DNA of 62,932 bases, filler included, from Sluysia triapertura (taxonomy: Eukaryota): NCBI GenBank assembly GCA_046118255.1. It is 5 parts of 5 records of this genome, joined end to end, with 100 filler letters (N's around TTAATTAATTAA, not from the genome) between each part and the next. Parts side by side here need not be neighbours in the genome. Positions count along the whole stretch, not along the records: positions 50,802 to 62,932 come from JBJNIA010136173.1; 4 more parts are not named here. One strand, given 5' to 3'. Numbering within the stretch: the first letter of the stretch is position 1; each line of letters opens with the position of its first letter. The notes under the pieces were generated by a model that worked only from the letters and a program-made list of their open reading frames with translations, had not been told where the DNA came from and searched no databases. Below are positions 50,702 through 62,932 of the stretch, piece after piece. The translations under genes and the position numbers were made by a program.

Positions 50702-50801
50702 NNNNNNNNNNNNNNNNNNNNNNNNNNNNNNNNNNNNNNNNNNNNTTAATTAATTAANNNNNNNNNNNNNNNNNNNNNNNNNNNNNNNNNNNNNNNNNNN
50801 N
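50702..50801. other. Artificial contig-joining linker (right edge of phage contig)
   Basis: Same linker; eukaryote-like (TA)n(TG)n microsatellite follows. Confidence 0.97.
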
Positions 50802-50850
<49 letters not shown>

Positions 50851-52009
50851 ACATCAACTTTTTATGTATTTTTTTAGTTCTGAAATTTGTGGACAAATTT
50901 TTACGAACTCCCCGTTGCCATCACAATCCTATTAAAGATTCAAAAAACAATTTATCGCACTAAACTAACCTCATTTTTCAATAAAAGAACTTAATTTCTA
51001 AAAAGAAAATTTTCTTACTAAAAATAGAAAAGAACATTATAGAATGTTCTGTCGATTTCTACTGGTTGATGACTAGTATATAATCTAATATCAATCTTAC
51101 TATTTTGCCATTTGTTTAATTGCTATTTATTTTAGTTATTTAATTTCTGCAATCGTTTCAATTTCATTTGGTATCAATTTTTAGTCATTCTATCTTTAAC
51201 AACAACAGTGGACTAATCTTAGAACAAATTTTTTATTTCCATGAGTACGGTAAGTTATTTTTGTAAGGAGGTTTTACCTTCCTTACGTAAAATATTTTTG
51301 TAAATTAGTTTTTGCCCGATCTACTTAGGGAAATTTTGTATTTAAAATCAAGCAGTAAATTAAATATTCTAAAGAATTTTAATTTTAAATTGTCTAATCT
51401 TTATTGTTTGTTTTATAAGCTATTTAGTGTTTTTAATGAAGTTTTAATTATTATTTCAAGAAGCAAATTGATTGAACATCACATCTAAGCTTCTTTTAAT
51501 TAAGTTTTAAGTGCGAATAGAGACGTCTTCTATATGTATAAGTCGTTTACTATAATCGAACCCTGCTTAATTTCTATTTTGCCATAGGTTTGAAGTTTAA
51601 GAAAACTACAGCATTATTTTATTATTAGCATGATTTTAAAATGATGGAGATTAAAATGAGCATTATATTTATGATTACATTATTATTATTAATATTATTA
51701 TTATTATTATTAATATTATTAACCAAATGTCTTATTAAATATAATTTTATTAAAACATATATTTTATTATTTATTTGAATTTTTATATTTTCCATTGTTA
51801 ATTTTAGAGGCGACGTGCACAGATTTTTAATGAACTTTTTTATACATATGAATGAAGAATTGCAAAAGTATTTCTTTTATTAATTTTAGATTACTTTATT
51901 TAGATGCAGCAGTGAAAGAAGCGTTATAGAAAGTATTTAATTACTGTATAATTTCAAAATATAAAATTGAAACTATATTTCGATTATTACACTGACAAAT
52001 ATAAACTAG

Positions 52010-52210
52010 TAAGCAAGTATTCACGATAATACTACGAATAAGATTAATATTGTATTTAATAATTAGACGATAATATACTAATTACAAATAATTGTGAAAT
52101 TAAAATAATTTAAATATGTATTTTATAAGCAAGTATTCACGTTAATACTACGATGAGATTAATATTGAATTTAATAATTAGACGAGAATAAACTAATTAC
52201 GAATAATTGT
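52010..52210 (+). repeat. Imperfect tandem duplication (~85 bp shared core)
   Basis: TAAGCAAGTATTCACG...CTAATTAC..ATAATTGT occurs twice about 116 bp apart. Confidence 0.7.
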
Positions 52211-55200
52211 AAACATATATAATAGCTCTCTGACTCGTCTGTCTTGTTAGAAATGAAAGTGCAAATTGGTAGAGTCAAAATAACACTTAAGTTCACTAAA
52301 TTGTAATATTAATGTGAAAAGAAATGTGTACAAAATAGTAAGAAGAGACTTTAATTAACGATTTATTTTATTTATTTGGATATTGAAAACAATAAATAAT
52401 TTTTCTTACTCATTTCATGGAACAAGTGTAATGAGTCACTATCATGTGAAGATTATGTTAAGATAAGATAAGAAAAGATTTTATTTACTTTAATCGCTAA
52501 TCTTTTTGTTCGTGAATTCTCTATGATACTGGACTTACTCACTGAAGTAATTGAAAAAGGACTTTGATATTATTTCATTTATAATAGTAAATTGGAGGTA
52601 TATTCGCAATATTATCAGTCCTACGTGTTTATCTCTTATTATAATTATATTTTCTAATAATGATTTTATTGAGACTTTTATAATAATGATATGAAGAATA
52701 AAAACAGCGTAATTATTTACTAAAAGGTACAACAATACTGAATCAATTTTATTTTACTCAAAAATTGTCCCAAAGAGTAATAAAAATATGTAAACTTTAA
52801 TGATTTATTAAGAGATACATAAATGATATCAATAGACTATAAAGAATATTATAATATTAATTTTAATTAGTAAAATATTATTTAGTAATTAAAGGTTCAA
52901 TTAATAATATTAATTTTATAATTAATATTTAGTTATAAAAATTTTAAAATAAAATTATGTGGTATTAAAATTATACAAAACTATGCTTGAATTTAAGTTA
53001 ATTTTATATATGTTCAATAAATTTAACTTAAAATGTAAAATATAAAATATAAAATTAGTTATCCTTCCAGGTAATGTTGATCCTCTTTAACAACAATAAC
53101 AAATAACTTAAATAAAACTTTTTTGTAAGTATTAAATATTCATTTGACAAAAAACTTCTTTCTAAGTATTATAAAATTAATTGAAATATTCAATTTCGTT
53201 GAATTCTATTACAAAATTTCAGTTTATTTATAGGTCATTTCGACCAATCATATTATAACACATTCTTATTTTTAAATTTTATTTTTAGACTTGTTTAAAA
53301 CAAATTAGCAAAATAATAATTTAACAATAATAATTTATCATAATAATAATTAATATTTTATATAAAAATAAATATAGCACATTTACACTCACAGATTATC
53401 CGATTTCAAAAAATTAAGTGGATCAACAAATTCAAGTCAGAAATAATTGTTAATATCAGTAAATGCACATTAAATAGATCTAAATCAATGTTTTTATTAA
53501 TCTCGTTATTATTTATTCTTATTTTACATTGGAAAAATACCTCTATATATTTCTTTTATTTCCTCATCAATTTTTGATAGTGGGGAAATGCTAAAAGTTT
53601 TTTTAAAAAGTTATATTCCTTCAATAAACGTATTAACTAAGTATCTAAAATTTTTCAAAGTAGGAATGGCGAAATAAGGAATGGTTATTTTAAAAAATGG
53701 GTTGGTGAATTGGGAGAAGGTTGGAAAATAAAATAAGTTTTACAGTAGTATTTTTCACTATGATTACACGATAGCTAAAAATTTTTCATTTCAATTTTAT
53801 AATAAATTATCCTTAATTTATTTTCCTATACAGTTAATTTTATAATGTTGCTCTGGTTTTCTGAACACTTAATCTACAGCAAAATAAAATCGAGAGGGTC
53901 GGGTTACCGTAAGCGACTTATGACGCAGAGTGGACGTTCTTGTATCTAAATTGACAATCTGAATGTAAAAAAAAGTTTGAATTAATGAGTATCATTATTC
54001 TCATTATTATTCTTTTTTACAATATTTAGGTCTTTAAACACATATTTAATTAGTCTAATCTTTATAGTTACAATATCAACTTGAAACTACTTTAATATTT
54101 TATTGTTAAATTTAATTTTATCAGACACAATAATATAATAAAAATTGTTACTTTTAATTAAAATCCTTTAAGATATTTAATTCTAAATATTAAAATGAAA
54201 TAAATGAGATTTTAAGTTAGCATTGAAATTACCTTAAAAATAACTTAATAAATCCTCAACATAACAACGATGGATTGAATTCTCTGAAATTGATCACTGT
54301 TGATAATTTTGTCTCCAAATCGTCAAACAGTTTTGTATCTGTAATTTGTAATTGATTATTAAAACTTCCCTACTAAAGTTTTGATAATTAATTGGTATAA
54401 ATTTGATGTTAATCCTGTGGAATAATACAATTTTTAAATCGTGTTTTAAAATTGTTAAATGAAATTATACTGATGCTAGTATGTATACTAGTTATCAGCC
54501 AATAAGAATTGAATGTTCTTGAATTTTCGATTTCTTTTAGGAAGTAGTAGTTTTTCAGAAAATAAGTTTCGTTTTTGGAAATTTATTTTCTTTTAAGGAT
54601 TTCAATGATTTTAATTTCTTTTTTTATTAATTTACTGATTTTAAAGGTTTGTAATGACAATCTAACATGTAATCGATTTCATTCTACAATGTATATATAT
54701 TCTTAGTCGTTATGGAACCAATTTCTCTTATATATAAGAGTTAATTTTAGTCTATATTTAATTTTGACCACATATATGATTACCTCTGTTTTACTAATTT
54801 GTACTCATTCATGAAGTCAGTTCTATCTACACATACTTATTCTAGCTAAGTGTTATTCAATTTTCATTTTTTAGTGCATTTATGAAATATTCCTTTATTT
54901 TTCATATTTGTTTTATTTTATTTCATTATTTTTTATTTTAATTATTTAAATTATTTTCTTTATATATTAAATATTAAATCATTCGAAGATTTTGAACTAT
55001 TTATAAAGACAAAGTTCTTTCTATTTCAGAAATATGTTCTAGTTTTAAAACTTTTCCCTACTTACTTCATATTAGATAAAATGTTACTAAATTATATTTT
55101 TCTACCATATAAAATTATTAATTATTATTATTATTATTAAGAGTATTTTTATGGAGAACAGAAGTATTTTATCATGTGCCAAGTTTGTGAAGGTATAGTT

Positions 55201-56339
55201 TCGACAGAAACGCAGCTCTTTAAGTCATTACCTATAACATTACCGGTTAGTATTTGGATTTTTCGGTCAATTTTAAATTTAACGTTCCAAGTACTTATTT
55301 TTAAAATACTTTATTTAAATTAATCTGACAATTATTAATAGTTACTTAATTAACTAATTGCATAACAGAAAACTATGTTTAGTTAATTTAAAAAATAAGA
55401 CTAATTATATGAATAATTAAACAAAAGGTGTGCGTATACTTTATACTTGATGATAATTTTATTGCTTCTCTTTTTATTAATCACATTTCATTATTTGTGT
55501 GATTGGTCGATGTTTGATGAATAATTACATTGTGTGTTACTATTACTTAAGATACCTATTTCAAACTCATACAACTATTATTCATTCTTTAATTATCAAA
55601 GTGTGTGTTTTCGTGCTAAACTTTCTTTTCATTTTTCCATATTCGGTGGTATTTACCCCATCTCACTGACAAACGCGATATTCATCACATTCCAGTTATT
55701 TATAATAATGAGATAATACTTTAGATAAATGATGTATTATAAGTTTAGATTATATATATTTCGGTTAAAACAAGTATTACAAAAATATTTTCAGAAAGTT
55801 TCGTCATTTTCATGGTAATTAAGAAAATAAATTTGTTATTTTTGTTGATTAGAAGAATATTTATCTTATAATTGTCATAGAATGATATTTAGATTGAAAA
55901 ATAGATCAAATTGTTCTCGAAAAATTAATCCATTTGTATTATTATATAAAAATATGCGAATGTTCAGTATCGAAGAAACTGATGCATTTTTTACAGAATA
56001 ATGTACAATTAAAACTAAGTTTTAAAATTTAGAAAATGAGGGAAATTTCATTGTCTGATTGCTTAAAGAAACAATTCGTTGATTTTGTTTCATATAAAGT
56101 TAGTTGAAACTTTTCTCTTATAAACTAATTATTATTATTAATAAAAATTTAAATTAATTACACAAAGTTGTGAATACATTTTAGATTATGTAAATATCTT
56201 GGAGTAGCAATGTTACGATTAACTGTTAAGCTACCATGACAAAAAAATCACAATTTTAACAAGCTTGGTCAAATTTGACCAACATGTAAGTTTCATAAAG
56301 TACATGATAATTAAAACAAATGAATAACTTTTATTAATC

Positions 56340-56820
56340 CGACACCGAATCTGGCCATGACTGTCATAGCTTTCAATGCCGAAAGAGTTTTACAAACTAA
56401 GCTTTTTGCTTTACTCTAATCATTTGCTTCGCCTGTTAAATGCAGACCATAAATCGCTGATATTTTGCTTGGAATCGTGATTAACACCAATCTTAATAAG
56501 AATTCCAAAGTACGCATTGAATCCATATCTTCGCTCATGTGTCAGTTAGTGTAGTAAACAATACTTTCAACCATTGATTCGTTCATAAATTTGACAAATG
56601 ATTCAATAATGAACTCACATTTTCCTTCTCGCGTAATTCCTGCTGTTATTTTGTCTATATCTTCTGTAGTCTCTCGATGGATTTGATTCGCATTGCCTGC
56701 CCGATCGCTTGTTTCGTTTTGTTTTTGTTCATAATCATCATTGTCTCCATATAAATTCATCCATTTCTTCGTTCAATTTGATGAATTTCTTGATCATTTT
56801 TGACCATGCTTGGTAGCTTG
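56340..56820 (-). mobile_element. piggyBac-like transposase remnant
   Basis: Acidic N-terminus then 'ESFVKFMNESMVESIVYYTN', resembling the piggyBac F..F......IV..TN motif; premature stop. Confidence 0.5.
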
Positions 56821-59800
56821 AGAGTTGAAATATTATTAGTTTATATAAATTATTATTTAACTAAATAATAAAGCCAATATTTGACAGACAAATACAGATT
56901 TGTTAAATTTATCATAATTATCTGTAAAATATAGCAAATTATTCAGTTATTTAATTAATTTTGCACGAAATTTTTTAAAATATTTTATGAAATAAAATAA
57001 ATTTGTGGTTTTTTGTTTATAAAAGTAGTATTTATTAAATTTATTTCGATAACGTTTATTAAAGTACAATTCATTAAATTCAATTATTAAATTATATTTA
57101 TTAAAACTTCGATTAAAAATTCTAATATTAAAATTAACAAAATAAATCAAACAATCTAAAATGTATCTATTCTGATTAAAACTTAAATCAATTAAAAACA
57201 TTTCAAATAACAAAGTTTTATACATAGAATATATAGAATTGTCCGCGAACATATTGAAGATGGAACTTTGACAAAACTAAAGCAAAATTCATCATTGACT
57301 AAAAGATAATTAATATAAAAGTGAAAATATCGTAATATAAACGACACAAGAAATGTTTTTCCATCGATGAAATGGAGAGCAACTTTATGAAACTTATTAG
57401 CGTCGAGTGGTATATAGAATTACATCCAACTGATGATTGACGAAGGTAGCCACTATGCATTGAATAAAATTAATATATTTTGTTAAAGAGCAACATGTTA
57501 CATTTGAAACAAGATTTGAGGATGATCGAAATTTGAATGATAAGGTTGTAACAAAAGTGTTCTTTTTAAGATTTAAAATTTTAGTTAGTTGGAATTGTAA
57601 TCCGTATAAATTTCGTAGACAATGTTAAACATTTATTTAATAGTCTCGACATTTGTAATATAATCGCTTCACATATCATTCTAAAATTTAGAGTTGATTT
57701 CGTAGGAAGATATTCAAAGTTAAAATAATTAGTTGTGAAAATTAAAGTAGCTAATCCTGTACTTGGAGGATATTGAACATTATCTGATACGAATGTGGAC
57801 ACATTTAATATTTCTTTAAGACATTTCTTTGATGATTCATGTTTAAAAGTTGTAATTTCGGAACTAGATGTTGTACGTACTAAAATACATTTACCACGGT
57901 ATATATCTGTTGTTATTATTAGGAGTTATTCTAATTCGTTACTTTAAAGGTATAATTCATACTTATGGAGGAATAGAGAAATAACTCAGCAGTAAAATTT
58001 TAGATATTTTAATATTAACTTGATATCATGTTATTAATTTTAGTGGAAAATTGGTGGCGCTTAGTAAGAGTAATAAATTTGAATTAAGTAATTTTATCTT
58101 TTTATCTAAAGGGACAACCCAACCCAAAACTAAGTGTAATAAAAAATACAAAATCGATGTATTTATGTACGATTTTTAATGATTTTATTGGATCAACTTT
58201 TAAAAAATAAAGTGAAATTTTTTATTTTTATCGTAACCTCGAATTACGGAATCACGAAATAATCCCAAAGTCTTTATTTCTTGTCTAAAACGATCCATTT
58301 TTTTATTATTATAAATTTGCAGGAATCACTTCACACGGATTTTCTGTTAAATCTTTAGCAAATTTATACAATCACAATACATAACTTGGTTTTCAGCAAC
58401 TTGATGAAAACGTGTGGAATGTGCTCTGATTGCTTCAAGAAATGTTGACATTTTATCACCACTAACAACTTTAACTTTTTCAAATATTCCAGGAATTTTA
58501 TTTTGTACACTGTCAGATAAAACAAATCTATTAAACTGCTAAATTCGCTATCCAAAACAGAAGTAAAGTAATGATAGAAATCACTCATTTTGTTAATAAA
58601 ACAATGTCACTTTTTCTTTAACAACGTTCTTTAAACCTTTCAAAAATTTTTTGATAGTCCTTATTTTGAATTTTTAGAATTGTGGTTGAATGAATTGTTA
58701 ATTTGATTAAAATATTTGAAAATACAACAACTTTTGATTATTGAATTATTGATTTATTTTGGCAAAACAAAAAATTTGTAAAATTGTGAAATAATACAAA
58801 ATAGTAAAAATAAAAATAAAATTTAATTTTAATATCTAATTTATATTCAAGATTTTCATGAGGGAAAGTGATTGAATGTGTGGAAGTGTACAAATGAAAA
58901 TGAAATAGTGAATAATTGAACGTGTGTTAATAGTTTTGTGTAAATGTTGATAACACGTGTTAATGTATTTGATATGATGAATTGAGATGTTTACTCTCTA
59001 TTTATAATAACTTGTAGTACGAGAAAACTACTTTCAAAAGTGATATAAAATAAAATAACTTTTATTCTGGACTTATTTCATTAACTCTTTAAGTATGGGT
59101 CGCACCAATAAACGTTTTTGCGTAACTTCCGCGGCAGTCGAGTAGCACCAATAAATTTACGTGGTTTAATAGCCGAATAATGCTTATTGTATGTTGAATA
59201 TGCATTTATTTATGCTAGTGCTTGGCTATATCAGTTGTATACAGTATGATAGGATATTTTAGAATTCTGGAAGTCCTAAACTATGATTATGGATAAACAA
59301 TTTACTATTCTTGTCGCTTCAGTACTTTCATTCGGATTTCAATGTTTTTTCGAAATCAGTGGTTACTGTTATTGTTTTACTATGGATGCACCATCAACTT
59401 TGATGATTCACCTAGTGATGAAAAAGAATACTTGAATGCAACGGAGAGTAGTGATCATAGTGATAGTAGCAGTGACATTGATGAAGATACTGTTTTACTT
59501 GGCTGAATGTGAACAATTTTACAAAGGACTTTTTGGCGAGTGAGAAAGAGTTAAGCATTCATCAATCAATTTAATTAACAATGTATTTGAACCCATTTTT
59601 ATATTTCAAAACTTAGTTCAAGCTTTTTGAACCCTTTGCAATTCACTGTTTTTACAGCCATTATACATTAAATAATATTTCTACGTTCATTTCTTATTCT
59701 TACTAAACTTAAGCATGTTTTATGATTTCTATTGAGGACTGAATCATTGTACTGCACCACAATGAACTGATATTGACAAACAGAAATATTATCGATTATT

Positions 59801-60334
59801 TTTCAAATGCGGATCCAGAAAATATGTACACCTATTCCTCGTTTTACACGGATTTTATTGTTACGCGTTTTCGCTTTTACACGGTACAAAAAATTTAAAA
59901 TTAAATATTGAAAATAAACTGTCTATGATCAAAAGGAACAAAGTACAAAAAATTTACTTTTCAACTTCGACACAGAAATAACTGGTTGTTAAGGTTTTAA
60001 TCTCGAAAATAAGAAATAATTCTGAAGAAAATGTAATAATAAAAATGGTGTAAGAGTATTTTATTTTATAAAAGAAATTGAGTTTTACAAATATAATGGT
60101 GTTACTAATTTTCAAAAATATATATTGTAAATTTAATGTTTGTTTGCATTTGTAAAATTAATTTTATATTTACATATTTTAATTGTTAGAAATGTTGCTG
60201 TAATGATAAGGAAGAAAATACCCAATGTGTGTCTCAAATTATAAAATCACCGATGTATCTAGTTATTTGTAAGTTCATTTTTATATTTTATTTATTGTAT
60301 TTATTACATTATCAAAATACAGAATTCGTAAAAT

Positions 60335-60420
60335 TGACCTCATTTTAAAGAATTACATTGGATGCCAATAGAAGCAAGAGTAGAATTCAAAATCCTAACA
60401 ATAAATGCTTACATTAATGA
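60335..60420 (+). mobile_element. L2-type LINE 3' fragment
   Basis: 'ILKELHWMPIEARVEFKILTI', the same family as 4050-4440. Confidence 0.7.
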
Positions 60421-60931
60421 AGTCCTTAATATCTCTTGGAGTTAACAGAAATTCGGAAACCAAATGAATGTTTTAAGATACAATAATTTATACAGATAGG
60501 TTATATATCGTTTATGTTTCAAAAGTATTAACCAACTATCAGAAAATGTTAAATTACTGAAAGACGAAATATTTAAGAAAAAGGCAGAGTTCTATCTATT
60601 TCAGAAATATTATGGTGAATGATTTATTTAAGAACTTATTTTGCAGTAGATACCAGTAATATTATAGACAGTCATTTAGTGAAAATGTTTTGACTTATAC
60701 TTGTGTATGTTAATACTCATTTTTCCTTTATATTTCACTAATATCATATGTTTTCATTTTTACGGTTCTTCCGTTTAATCCATATTCTTATTATATTTTT
60801 ATTTTCTTCAGTTAAGTGCATCTTTCATAGTATTTATTTCTTAATTTTGAATTTGTAAAATCTTTTTGAAACTAATATGAATAGAAGATTTTTTAATTTG
60901 TTATTGATTAAATAAATATTCTGAAATTTAG

Positions 60932-61015
60932 ATTTAAATCGTGGTGCTTTTAGAATCACAGATCCAAAAAATGAAACTTTAGTATCGGTGGAGAATAAAC
61001 GTATTTCTATTACAG
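60932..61015 (+). CDS. Possible isolated 84-bp exon, product unknown
   Basis: tttag|...|gttaaa boundaries and open frame LNRGAFRITDPKNETLVSVENKRISIT. Confidence 0.35.
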
Positions 61016-62932
61016 GTTAAATTTAAAGTTTTATCTTCGATTTTATATAGCGTTTTATTACTTATTTAATCGCACAAAATTACGTCTTTAATAATACAAT
61101 ACTTAAATTGATTTTCATTTTTCCTCCAATGACATATTAATAAATCCCAAAAATATTACTATTAGAAAATAAATATTATTAAAATCAAAAGATTTAGAAA
61201 AACACAATCAAATTATTGTTAAAAATAATAGTTTAACATTCTGGGATGTGACCTATTTTGAAATTTCAATTTTTAACAAAAATAAAATTAAAAATTTTAA
61301 ATAAAATATTTTTTCGAAAATTTGTTTTATCACTTCCGAAAAACTAAATTGACTAATTAATTAACCCTGGAAATATCAAGAAAAATATTACTTAGATCAC
61401 CAAGCATGGACAATACACATTTCTATATTTTCAATATTTTGCATATTTAAATATACTCAATACATATTATTCCCTTCTCTGAATGAATTGTTACCACACA
61501 TACTAGAAGTTATTTCAGCTTTTAGCTTTTCTTTGCATGTTACAGAATATTTATAATGAATAAAACATCTTCCTCGGAATGCTGTTGATGCTGTGGCTTT
61601 GATCTCGCTCCAGACATGTTTCTTCTTTCTACCAGGGGTTTGACTAAATTAAAATTAAAATCGAAAATAATAATCAAAAATTGACACTATATATGATATT
61701 AAATTGCAAGGGACATTTATAAAATTACAATAAAATGTTTCAAAACTTCAGCTCAATACATTTATTAATTATAAAAAATTTAAATACATATGGACAATTT
61801 GTTCACTCTTGGTAATCGTAGTATTAATTATAAATAATCTTCGAATCCTTTTTTCAAAATATAAATATGAAATCTTATTTCTTATTTGATGATAGTAAAT
61901 TGGAAATGGATTTTTAGTTTTTGGTTTATTTAGAAAAGAAGGACATCTGCTGTCCAAAATAAGTAAAATACAATTTGAATAATGATACATTATTAACACA
62001 GACGGTTCTAAAAATAAAAATTAGGGTGAATTGTATTTGTGCTTATGTCTGTGTTTATTAATGGATGAATTTAACAACTAAATGATGTGTACAGGTGTGA
62101 CACTACAGAACTGGTTGACCAATAATTAAAATTTTGCCTCGCTTTAATAAACACTACTTTATTAATTTAAACATTTATTAATTTTATGATGAATTTTTTA
62201 CTTTATTTTTTCCGATTTTTAGTACGATTTTTATTTTATTTGTTATTTTTTCTTTTGTTTATGTTTTTAATATTAGTAAATTTGTATACTAATACTACAG
62301 CTTCTACAGTCGTTTAAGATTTGCGATTACATATTAAGATATGAAGGTGATGGAGATTTCGCCTGGCATCTTAAACGGTGTAATTGTCATCAGTACTCTG
62401 AGAAAAGTATTTGTTTTTCTGCATGAGAATAAATGTAAATAGATTAGGTAAATTCACCAACGTATCAAGTTTAATCAATTAAGACTAGCGGTTGGATTTA
62501 ATGAGAAAGCTTAAGTAGGTTTAAAGTTAATGTTCAATGAAAACTATGCAAAGAAAATTTGTGTTCTTATTAATAATGTGTTGATATTTTACTAAGGATC
62601 TTTAGTAAAAGAAATTTTAAATATAATTGAATCACACTAATAAATTTTACTTCGGTTTCGAATTTAAATGAAACCATTAAAAATGATATTTTACTTTGGT
62701 TCCTAAACCGAACAAATAATTCGTTATCACTGATTTTAATAAAGATTTTTATTAGGTTTATTAAAGTAAACATTTTTGAAAACTATTCATTAAGTAATAA
62801 AAATCAAATATGGAAATATATATATTAATGCAAAAGAATATCGTTACAACAAAAAATGATAATACAATTATATAATCATAATAGAAGTTTATAAAGATTA
62901 TTTTATTTCAATAATCTTGTATAAATTGAGTT

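Overview
This window is not one continuous locus. It is five unrelated contigs of about 12-14 kb, joined by an artificial 100-bp linker (44 N + TTAATTAATTAA + 44 N) at 14261-14360, 26274-26373, 38697-38796 and 50702-50801. Four contigs are very AT-rich eukaryotic, probably invertebrate, DNA. They carry scattered GT-AG exons (CAP/SCP-domain protein, DNAH5/8-like axonemal dynein heavy chain, ankyrin-repeat protein), (TAA)n microsatellites and decayed transposons (Tigger/pogo, Tc1/mariner, piggyBac-like, L2-type LINE, LTR-like repeats). One short TG...CA element has a tRNA-like core. The contig at 38797-50701 is different: part of a tailed, podovirus-like bacteriophage that reads TGA as Trp (genetic code 4). 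Translated by hand this way, the fragmented minus-strand ORFs fuse into 8 complete genes plus 1 partial gene: small membrane protein, 271-aa unknown, scaffold-like protein, 607-aa putative major capsid, 308-aa putative TerS, 587-aa TerL, 711-aa P22-like portal, adaptor and nozzle. They have Shine-Dalgarno sites and intrinsic terminators; I count 36 in-frame TGA versus 1 TGG. This points to a phage of a Mollicute-type symbiont or contaminant hidden in an animal assembly. Its roughly 2-kb non-coding end holds nine long hairpins whose arms vary in sequence but stay complementary, a CpG-dense purine-pyrimidine island, a polypyrimidine tract and 37-bp repeats. Product calls come from motif recognition and gene order only; no database search was run.
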